A DNA stretch of 64,000 bases from Porphyridium purpureum. Its lineage: Eukaryota. Position 1 is the first letter of the stretch, and every line of letters starts with the position of its first letter. Location: positions 434,001 through 498,000 of the forward strand of contig VRMN01000002.1 of assembly GCA_008690995.1 (NCBI GenBank). The letters are read 5' to 3'. Made by a program: the position numbers and the translations under genes. This document shows, one piece after another, positions 9,099 to 17,402 of this stretch. Below the pieces are notes generated by a model. The model had not been told where the DNA came from. It saw only the letters and a program-made list of their open reading frames with translations, and did no database searches.

Positions 9099-10652
9099 AT
9101 GGAGTGGGTTGCGAATGCGACAGACGCGCTGATGGCGCCGCTGCCGGCGGTTCCGGACGACGTGTACGCGACCGCGATGTACGTGAGCGAGCAGTGGGGC
9201 GTGGCCATCGCGTATTTGGATAAGGTGGATGTGACGCCGGCCGCGTTGGCTGGCGGCATTGCAAAGCTGTCGGAGCAGTCTGGCGTCAGTGACGCAGAGC
9301 TCCGTCTGCTCGCGTGTCTGCTCGCGGCCTATCCCATCGGCGCCGCGTGGCGCGCGTGCAAGCCGCCCGCGCTCAAGCACCTCATTTCCGTTGCGCTCGG
9401 CTGGTGGATGATGCAGTTCGTCATTGGGTACCAGTGGGTGCATTGTCTTATTCCGTGCCTATTGGCGTACGCCTGTATGGCCATCGTGGGGCCCGGCGCG
9501 CGCCACCTCGTGTTCGCCATCGCGCTCGGCTACTTGGCCGGCGGCCACATTTATCGCATGTACACAGACTACTTGGGCTGGACATTGGACTGGACCATGC
9601 AGATGATGATCATCACGCAAAAACTGTCCGCGTTTGGCTATAATTATTACGACGGCTCCAATCCCAAGGCTTCCGAGCTGCAAAAGTCTCGCGCCTTCTC
9701 AAAGCTGCCGGGCCTGGTACCATTTCTCTCGTACATTTTGTTCCCGGCGAACGTCACGATTGGGCCGTTTTTTGAGTTTTCGGACTACATGACTGTCGTG
9801 GAGGAGGGCTCGACGGGCATGAAGAAGGGCGCCCCGGCGCCGCCCAGCCCGCTGCTGCCCAGCATGTGGCGTTTGCTGCAGGGAATTTTGTTTATGATCA
9901 TTCATAACGGCGTGATGATGTACCTGCCCACATGGGCGATGGTGACCAGTCCACAGTACATGTCTCGCTCGAACGGCAACATTGTGCTGCGGTACGCAAA
10001 GGTATGGGTGTCGCTTCTCGGCTACCGCTTCAAGTACTACTTTGGCTGGAAGATTGCCGAGGGCGCCGCAGTCATGTCCGGGCTTGGGTACAACGGCGCG
10101 GTTCAAACCGAGTCAGGCCAAGTGACGCACCTGTGGAATCGCATCGACACGGTCGATGTGCTTGGTTTTGAGACAGCCCAGTCGTTGCGGGATGCGGCGA
10201 GCACGTGGAACAAGATGACCAACAATTGGCTCAAGGATTATGTGTATGTGCGCACGCCGGAACCATTCAACCTGTACATGACCTATTTCACGTCGGCATT
10301 CTGGCACGGCTTTTACCCTGGGTACTACATGTTCTTCTTGAGCGTCGCATTTGCGACGCAGGTGCACCGCAACTTTCGCCGCTCGATGCGCGGCTACTTC
10401 GTGAGGCCCAAGGACGACCCGAACGCCAAGCTGATCAAGGCCGTATACGACTTGTTTGGCGCGATCACGACCAGCCTCACTGTCAACTACTTTATCCTGT
10501 CCTTTGTTGCGCTCGCGTGGGACTACAGCATCCAGGCGTTCGACAGCTTATACTGGTACGGCCATATCCTTCTAGCTGTCTTGTTTGTCGTGTTTGGCCT
10601 CGGACTGGTTCGGCCTCCAAAGAAGACACCCGTGGAGAAGAAGAGCCAGTAG
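9099..10652 (+). CDS. LPCAT: MBOAT lysophospholipid acyltransferase (LPCAT/ALE1 type)
   Basis: Multi-TM; 'WNKMTNNWLKDYVY' and 'TSAFWHGFYPGYY' (catalytic His); C-terminal KKSQ di-lysine ER signal. Confidence 0.93.
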   Translation: MEWVANATDALMAPLPAVPDDVYATAMYVSEQWGVAIAYLDKVDVTPAALAGGIAKLSEQSGVSDAELRLLACLLAAYPIGAAWRACKPPALKHLISVALGWWMMQFVIGYQWVHCLIPCLLAYACMAIVGPGARHLVFAIALGYLAGGHIYRMYTDYLGWTLDWTMQMMIITQKLSAFGYNYYDGSNPKASELQKSRAFSKLPGLVPFLSYILFPANVTIGPFFEFSDYMTVVEEGSTGMKKGAPAPPSPLLPSMWRLLQGILFMIIHNGVMMYLPTWAMVTSPQYMSRSNGNIVLRYAKVWVSLLGYRFKYYFGWKIAEGAAVMSGLGYNGAVQTESGQVTHLWNRIDTVDVLGFETAQSLRDAASTWNKMTNNWLKDYVYVRTPEPFNLYMTYFTSAFWHGFYPGYYMFFLSVAFATQVHRNFRRSMRGYFVRPKDDPNAKLIKAVYDLFGAITTSLTVNYFILSFVALAWDYSIQAFDSLYWYGHILLAVLFVVFGLGLVRPPKKTPVEKKSQ

Positions 10653-11207
10653 GCCAGTATCGGTTCCGCACACAGAAAGATGCGAGGTAGACAGTAGTTA
10701 TTCGAAGCGGCGGTGAAAGCCTTTCGCTCAGTCTTCTTTTCTTTGGATCGATGACCACGCGTGTGTTTGCGCTTGTAGGCAGTATGATGGCACAACGGAT
10801 TAAGCAAAGCGACTGACGAGGTCGCGCGCGTTGCTTCCACCTCTCCACATCGATGACCAGTATGACTGTATAGCGCGCTACAGCCAAGCGGGACTGTGTA
10901 CTCTCGCGACGGTCACAGACACGCGCAGATACTGATCACCACGGTCACGCAAGCGAGTGGGGCGCCGATTCTGCATTGTCACTCGACGATGCGCGTGCAC
11001 GCTGCATCGCGCTCTTGGCGTTTCACGGAGGTACAGTGCGGCTGAACACTGCGCACGAGATTGAGGTACAGTGAACTTGCCGTTACGATCCACACATGTA
11101 GCCGTTGCAAGCCCCAGCGCGCAGCTCGACGAATGATGGCAACTGCGCAGGTGCCGTAGTGAGCACACAGCAAGAGAGAGAGAGAGAGAACGAACACACA
11201 TGCCGGG

Positions 11208-11217
11208 TATATAAAGG
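11208..11217 (+). promoter_or_regulatory. Putative TATA box upstream of the E2 gene
   Basis: TATATAAAGG about 250 nt upstream of the ATG at 11462. Confidence 0.35.
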
Positions 11218-11461
11218 CGGCTGGCGGTGCCCTTCCATATGCCATGCGCCCAGATTTGGTGAACCAGTGTGCGTATTTTCGTGGATGCTTCACACTTGCC
11301 TTCGTTTCGGCTAAGACGGTCAAGGAATACATAAAGCAAGGACGACGACCCAAAGAAAGTTTGCTGCGATCAACGTGAGGAGCGTGCAAGTACGAACAGA
11401 GTCAGAGCGTTACGGCACAAGGACGAGCGAACTGAGAAGAAGCGGGACAGATAGAGCGAAG

Positions 11462-11905
11462 ATGGACAGTACGGTGAGCAAGAGGCTTCAGTCGGAGCTC
11501 ATGAGCCTGATGATGGAGAATGTGCCGGGTATCTCGGCTTTTCCAGACGGCGACAGTCTCGAGTCGTGGGTGGCTTCGATTTCAGGCATAGAAAATACTG
11601 CGTACGAAGGGCTCACGTTCAAGCTCTCGCTCAAATTCCCGCACAATTACCCTTACGCCGCGCCCTTGGTGCGGTTCGAGACGCCAATCTTTCATCCAAA
11701 CGTGGATACCAGGGGTAACATCTGCCTAGACATCCTCAAGGACAAGTGGAGCGCAACATACACCGTCCGAACTGTGCTTCTGTCTCTACAGACGCTGCTG
11801 AATGACCCGAACAATGAGTCACCTCTCAATTCTCAGGCTGCCGCCTTGTGGGACAACCAGCGCGCGTATCGCGAAATGGTCAGAAGGACGACCATGGCAG
11901 ACTGA
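11462..11905 (+). CDS. UBE2C: Ubiquitin-conjugating enzyme E2-C (APC/C partner, UBC19/20-like)
   Basis: '[14 protein letters not shown]...GISAFP' and '[21 protein letters not shown]' with the active-site Cys. Confidence 0.93.
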   Translation: MDSTVSKRLQSELMSLMMENVPGISAFPDGDSLESWVASISGIENTAYEGLTFKLSLKFPHNYPYAAPLVRFETPIFHPNVDTRGNICLDILKDKWSATYTVRTVLLSLQTLLNDPNNESPLNSQAAALWDNQRAYREMVRRTTMAD

Positions 11906-12908
11906 GACCCCTCGACCCGCTGGCGCATCGATAGCTGAGCGTCGCGTCAAAAGAAGGGAGCGAGAGGAGGAAGGAAGAAAAGAAAAAATAAAAAAACAGA
12001 AAAAGAAAGGAACATAGTCACATCAGTTTTGAAAAGCAGATCAACGCATAAATCATGCCATAGCAAAAGCGTATTAAAAGAGCGATTCTTTTGCGCAAAC
12101 ATGCAAATTTGCAACCAACTCATCCTACTCTTGTCGCCACGCAACCTCTACACTTTAATGTGATTCAAGTGGCCGCCGCGTAAAAGCGTTCCCAGCGGCA
12201 CAAACTGATGGGTAGAGAGAGACAATGAGATTCTCCTTGTCTCAAACAAGCTCGTCCTTCAGAAAGACGGCTCTTCATAAATAAGCAAGAGGAAAACAAC
12301 GTCGCGGCCAGCATTCCTCCCTCCTGCTGTTTGAGAATCAGCGACCACGAAAGGAAGTGACGGAGGACTGGTTCTGCGATTTGTTCGCTATCTGAAATTT
12401 CAGCCGCGAGCCTTGTTCGTTCGTTTCGGCGACAAACAGGCAAATGATGAAGGACACAAAAAGCATACCGTACAACATGAGCAACCTTTTTCATCGGTTT
12501 CGAGAGTCTCCACCAAAGAATGGGTCGGCGCCACGCATGACCTCTCTGCGGATGTGATGCAAGACAACACAGCGATATATCTTCACATGGTCGAATAAGT
12601 GCCCCGATACACCAAGCAGATCTGCGTACTCCAGCTGCACTTGCTTTCAAGTGCTGGGAGTCATGGCCTGCATTGACGGACATGCTGGCGAGAGTCCGAA
12701 TGGTCTGCTCGCCTTCAAGAGCAAACATTTTTTCCCCGGCATCGCCACATACCTGACAAGACATACCCTTGGAGTCAAAAAGTACCACAGGCGTCCATGG
12801 ACACTTTGCGCAACCCCCAACCTCGTTTTGCAGTAGTTGCCCAACCTTCGATCGAAAGATTCAACAGGCATTTGTCTGAGGATCCAAGCGGGCCCGTCGA
12901 CTACCGGG

Positions 12909-13796
12909 TCAGTCGTTGAGATAGCTAAAGTCTTCGTTCATGAAGGTCACAATCTTCTTCGCCGACTCACGCCCCAGCCCGGAGCTATGGTGTATCCGTA
13001 GTTCATCCTCGCTCATGGCACCGATGCCGCGCAGAGAATGCGCGTCCATGACCTGTGCGCTCAGTTTGCTCGACACGCTTGGTGCGTAAGCTAGGAATTT
13101 GTCGCGTCTCTGCCGAGGTGTAGTTTCATGTCTCTTTTCATCTCCATGCGCACCCGACGATGCGGCCCCGCTAACCTTCAAGCCTGGGCTGGGCACATGA
13201 AACATGCGAACATACCGCGCAAGCTGATCATCATCCGCATAAGGAAGCACCGAACTCCCCTTGGCAAGCATCTGAACCTGCATGGCAACCAAGTCTGGGC
13301 GCGCTTCCTCCTGCCGCTGCTTCTTTTCCACGAGCGTCACATGCACGAGCTGTTTTTCCTTTGCCACGCGCAGCGCATCTTGGATCCGTTGCTGCTGCTC
13401 GCAAACGGCGAGCGCGCGCCCGTGCGGTTCTTCCAGCACAGACAACACGGCGTCACGCACCACCAACACGGCGTCACGCACCACCAACACATCTGGCGGC
13501 AACCCTGCCACAAGCACCATCCGCAGCTTGTACCTTTGCAGCAGCGTCTTGTTCAACGAGTGCAGCAGCCATGCCTCACTGCCGCACAACACTGCCTCTG
13601 CCACCATTGCTGGTTGCGCGAGCAACTGCCATTCATGGATTTTCACGTCGAGCGGAAATCCGGCGAGTGAGTACCCAGACAAAAAGATGAGCAACGCCAG
13701 TAACCAACTGTCGCCTGGCATCCAACGTGCTCGGCCTCTTTCATCCTCTGGCACATCGGCTCGGGCTCGGCTCGGGCAAAAAAGTGTGCCGCGCAT
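12909..13796 (-). CDS. ERCC1/XPF-family inactive-nuclease plus tandem HhH protein, PARTING DANCERS/SPO16-like
   Basis: C-terminal 'FLAYAPSVSSKLSAQVMDAHSLRGIGAMSEDEL...GLGRESAKKIVTFMNEDF' fits a (HhH)2 domain; 'LLIFLSGYSL' and 'GRALAVCEQQQ' recall plant PTD from memory. True start may be Met at ~13721. Confidence 0.5.
   Translation of the reverse strand: MRGTLFCPSRARADVPEDERGRARWMPGDSWLLALLIFLSGYSLAGFPLDVKIHEWQLLAQPAMVAEAVLCGSEAWLLHSLNKTLLQRYKLRMVLVAGLPPDVLVVRDAVLVVRDAVLSVLEEPHGRALAVCEQQQRIQDALRVAKEKQLVHVTLVEKKQRQEEARPDLVAMQVQMLAKGSSVLPYADDDQLARYVRMFHVPSPGLKVSGAASSGAHGDEKRHETTPRQRRDKFLAYAPSVSSKLSAQVMDAHSLRGIGAMSEDELRIHHSSGLGRESAKKIVTFMNEDFSYLND
13443..13490. repeat. 21-bp perfect tandem duplication (x2.3) inside a CDS
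   Basis: CAACACGGCGTCACGCACCAC twice plus CAACAC; encodes VLVVRDA-VLVVRDA-VL on the minus strand. Confidence 0.95.
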
Positions 13797-13869
13797 TGTC
13801 CCCGCACAGATTCGAACTGCGGTCTCGAAATTCAGAGTCTCACGTGCTAACCAGCTACACTACGGGGAC
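13797..13869 (-). tRNA. trnQ-CUG: tRNA-Gln(CUG), intronless, 73 nt
   Basis: Minus strand reads GTCCCCG TA GTGT AGCTGGTTA GCAC G TGAGA CT CTG AA TTTCG AGAC CGCAG TTCGAAT CTGTG CGGGGAC A: a complete cloverleaf. T6 terminator at 13783-13778. Confidence 0.95.
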
Positions 13870-14135
13870 AAGCACGGGGCAAAATAGGAATAATAAAAAT
13901 AAAAGAATTCTAATGCGTGCGGGAAATAGAACTGCTTGGTTTGAAGTGTACACTATGGGAAACGAGGACTGTACACTACTCACAGATAAACTAGGGTTTG
14001 GTTGGAGCGAGCTGGTGGGGGTAAAGAAGAGGGCGAGGGGAAAAGAGTGTGGGCGTGATCGTGGGGAGGGCGGGCGTGGGTGGTGTTTGGTTGGGACGGA
14101 CGTGGAAGGGGGGGACCTGCGGGGGGAAAGACAAA

Positions 14136-14444
14136 ATGGCGACGCTCTATCAGATGTTCAACATGTCCTTTGGCGGATCAAGTCTGGTGACTGTGGGCAA
14201 GTGGACGGCGCTGGTGGTCGGGTTCGGGTACGGAACTGCGTTGAGGAACGAACGGCAAAACGCACTCACCGGTGGGCTCCGTGCGGCGCTCAGCGAGCGC
14301 GACGCAAAAATCCGCGAGCTGTTGACGGAGAAGAAGTACGGCGCCGCGCAGAAGGGCGACGGGGAAGCCGGTTCGGGCGCGCCCGCACAGTCCAGCGGCG
14401 ACCCGCTGACAGACTGGATCAACTCGATGGTGGCAAATAACTAG
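14136..14444 (+). CDS. ATP21: Mitochondrial ATP synthase subunit e-like
   Basis: 'SSLVTVGKWTALVVGFGYG' single TM with GxxxG, matching the subunit-e pattern, followed by a coiled coil; 102 aa. Confidence 0.7.
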   Translation: MATLYQMFNMSFGGSSLVTVGKWTALVVGFGYGTALRNERQNALTGGLRAALSERDAKIRELLTEKKYGAAQKGDGEAGSGAPAQSSGDPLTDWINSMVANN

Positions 14445-14652
14445 GTTCGTGGGCCGGGGTGATCAAGTGACGCATTATGGCCCGGAAGGGTGGGAGAATC
14501 TCGTGTTTGGGCTCGGAAGATGGCCACCCGTCAGCAACTATGCCATCACGTACTCATCCCCCTCGCGGCGCTTCAATTTTTTTTTATGGCATTCTGAAAT
14601 AAAGGGACCGGGGTTGTGTTCCTGTGAGGCGGATCTGTGAAGACGAACAAGA

Positions 14653-15648
14653 ATGCGCGCGTACATGTACGTGCGTCCCGCACTCGCCATGTGCGGGCGG
14701 CGCGCGCTCTCGAATACCAGCTCGGCGAGCTGCTCCGCCGTGCCGTCGACTCTCGTGCACGCCGCGCTTTCCGTGCTCAACACGCCCGACCCGGCGGCCA
14801 AAGCTCAGTTGTCGCAAATGCACGCGCGTCAGTGGCTGTCTGGGCAAATCACGGCGATACGGCCTGACGACAGCGAAACAAAGCTGCAGCCGCCCGACGA
14901 GCCGGCGCGCGGCGAGTGCCCGCCGATCGTTAGTTCTGGTGACATGCCGCGCGTGAAGGATTTGGCCAAAGCGCAGCACATGCTGTTTTACATGCACTCC
15001 ATCGCGCACGTGGAGCTGAGCGCCATCAACTTGAGCTGGGACACGGTGGCGCGTTACGCATGTCTCGCACCGCAGCTGCCGCGCGAGTTCTTCGCCGACT
15101 TTATTCGTGTGGCTGACGACGAGTCGCGGCACTTTTTGATGCTGTCATCGCGGCTCCGCGAGCTGGGCTCGTTCTACGGCGCGTTTCCGGCACATGCGCT
15201 GATTGTACAGACGTTGCAGAACAGTTGCGGCCACGACTGGCAAGCGCTGCTGCGGCGGCTGGTGCTGGGACAATTGAGCCAAGAAGCACGCGGCCTGGAC
15301 GCCGGGCCACGTCTGGCGAATCGCTTACAAGGAGCAGGCGACAATGTCAGTGCGAACATTGTTGCGCAAATCGCTCACGAAGAAATCGAGCACGTGCGAA
15401 TTGGCCTGGACTGGTTTCTGTTTTGTTGTGCGCAGCTCCAAATCCAGGACCCGATGCTCGAGTTCCAGGAGACGGCCATTTCCCTGAGCAACCCGGGCGC
15501 ATTCAGCCCGCCATTCAATCACGAGCGCCGCATGCTTGCCGGACTGCAGCCAGAGTGGTACGAGCCTGTCGCAGAAGCGCTGCAACAGCGGCTCGCCGCT
15601 CTGCCTCCGCTTCGCAACCACCAGCTCAAGCAACCGCAGAAACCCTAG
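14653..15648 (+). CDS. DUF455 ferritin-like diiron protein with organellar presequence
   Basis: 'HSIAHVELSAINLSWD', 'DESRHF', 'EARGLDAGP', 'EEIEHVRIG..WF'. Confidence 0.9.
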   Translation: MRAYMYVRPALAMCGRRALSNTSSASCSAVPSTLVHAALSVLNTPDPAAKAQLSQMHARQWLSGQITAIRPDDSETKLQPPDEPARGECPPIVSSGDMPRVKDLAKAQHMLFYMHSIAHVELSAINLSWDTVARYACLAPQLPREFFADFIRVADDESRHFLMLSSRLRELGSFYGAFPAHALIVQTLQNSCGHDWQALLRRLVLGQLSQEARGLDAGPRLANRLQGAGDNVSANIVAQIAHEEIEHVRIGLDWFLFCCAQLQIQDPMLEFQETAISLSNPGAFSPPFNHERRMLAGLQPEWYEPVAEALQQRLAALPPLRNHQLKQPQKP

Positions 15649-15936
15649 GGCTCCTATCGGTTGCAACTATGTACAGTTTGTACAGCGATGTGTAACTTGA
15701 GCGGGTCAAACCGGTTGCGCGCTGCGGCCGACAGCGCACGTGCGGAAGCGACGACTTGCGGTATTTGAACTCGCAGCGTTCGCCAGCCGACAGCCGAAGC
15801 AGCCGTCGCAGTCTCAACAGCAGAAGCGTCAGCGGCAAGATCAGCACCAGCACCAGTTATATTTACAGCCGCACGCGCGCGCGCAGTGATTGGTGAAAGA
15901 GACGACGGCATAAGCGGGGAGAAACACGGAAGAAGC

Positions 15937-16206
15937 ATGAGTGAAGAATCATCATCGGCGCCAACAGGCCCAACCAAGCCTGCGGGAAGCAGGTACCAAA
16001 CGCCGCCAGACGTGTACAAGCCGCACCGCAAACCACGTATGGACCTCTTGTATATTCCTTTGGCGTACGGCTGCACGATTCCGCTCATGCGGTTCGCGCT
16101 GCAGAATCGCCTCTCGACGCCGCAGCTGTACAAAGTGTATCTGGGCACGGTTTTCTTGGCGCTCGGACATGCCGCGTGGGTGACAGCGAAAGACAGCACC
16201 GTTTAG
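15937..16206 (+). CDS. Small hypothetical membrane protein (89 aa, two hydrophobic helices)
   Basis: ATG-started ORF with protein-like composition and two hydrophobic segments. Confidence 0.55.
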   Translation: MSEESSSAPTGPTKPAGSRYQTPPDVYKPHRKPRMDLLYIPLAYGCTIPLMRFALQNRLSTPQLYKVYLGTVFLALGHAAWVTAKDSTV

Positions 16207-16274
16207 ACAGAGCGTGGAACTCTAGCCATCACGGTACGTAGAAGTCAGGGTGCAGCGCTTTGTTGGCTGTCGAC

Positions 16275-16410
16275 GACCACAATACGATGTGGTCCAAATA
16301 CACTTTTAAGGACTTGGTGGCGTTCCCTAGAAGAAGCTAGTTCCTGCGTAAAAGACATGACCTCAGTATCTACGTGTCATTAGTCTCTCATTTACAAGTC
16401 CAGTACGTGG
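16275..16410 (-). ncRNA. Candidate structured small RNA with U1 snRNA-like layout
   Basis: On the minus strand: ACGTAC, closing helix GGACTT/AAGTCC, a long stem-loop, a U-rich segment (GTGTATTTGG) and a terminal hairpin GACCAC/GTGGTC. Speculative. Confidence 0.3.
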
Positions 16411-17402
16411 CTTTTGGTACCTAGCCGACGTTGGCCTCCGGACCAGCGCCGCGTCGCGCACTACCGTAGACCGGTTGGACTTTCAGCGATGTAAGCGCGT
16501 AAGGCTCAGGGCTCTGCCCAGGCCGCACAATGTCAAGAATGGGAAGGTCGCAAACTCGCCTTCATCTGGCAAATCATTCCACGCACTGTAGACATACGCA
16601 AACTGCAAGCAAGCGCGGGCCTCGGGGCCTGCTGCAAAAAGAACTTTGCCAGGATGAACCACCTTGGAACTCGTCTTTATGCACCCACTGCAAGCGACTG
16701 TGTACACAGGCGAAAGCGTCACGAGGTCCGAGCACCGAGTCAACTGGTCGGTGACGGTCTCGCTCAGACATTTGAGAATTGCATCGTCAATATGTGCAAG
16801 TTCAGATGGTGGCTTATCTTCTCGTAACTCTTCTCGATGCAAACCTTCATTGTCGCAAAACCAAGGGTGCAGAACCCAGTGCGGCGGAACCTCTTGGTCG
16901 TTGATTGTTCGAGCGAGTACTTCAAGTGGCCTCGTGCTCAGCTCTAGCATTTAGGACGACGGGCCGGTGATCCCCGGCAAATGCACTGGCTCAAGGCTTG
17001 ACGGCGTACATCGCCCTAGAAATGACGCCAAGCGCTCATCGAACCCTCTACGTCAACATAAAGACATTCAAACAAACTTCGGAAAGTGTCACCTGTCCTC
17101 AATGAGAACAAGATGGGACACACACGCCGTATGCGCTCCAGTTGCCGGGCACCCGCCGTGCGTGGTGGACAGTTGACCAGGCAAGTAATTCCTGTCTCCG
17201 GGTACCACGGGTGTGTTCAATCCGCGCTGCTTCAATGATAAGTCTCACGACGTTTCCTATCACCTTTTCACAAGTCCGTACCCCGTGCAGCCAGTCTCAA
17301 CAGCAATAAAGCGATTCGACCACACGCGAAAGGACGGCGTGAGCCGGCGTTGTCGCTCCGCCTTTGTTTGCGTGACTCTGTGAGGCCAGGTCGTCGCAGA
17401 AA

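Noticed and set aside
11299..11326. CCTTCGTTTCGGCTAAGACGGTCAAGG, U2-like
   Set aside because: The branch-recognition sequence GTGTAGTA and an Sm site are missing.
12165..12871. Minus-strand ORFs of 207 and 74 aa
   Set aside because: No recognisable motif and non-protein-like composition; cannot support a call.
16483..16950. 155-aa minus-strand ORF
   Set aside because: ATG-started and possibly real, but no motif recognised.
17211..17234. T-arm-like hairpin GTGTG-TTCAATC-CGCGC, possible permuted tRNA half
   Set aside because: No matching acceptor strand, D-arm or anticodon arm found on either side.
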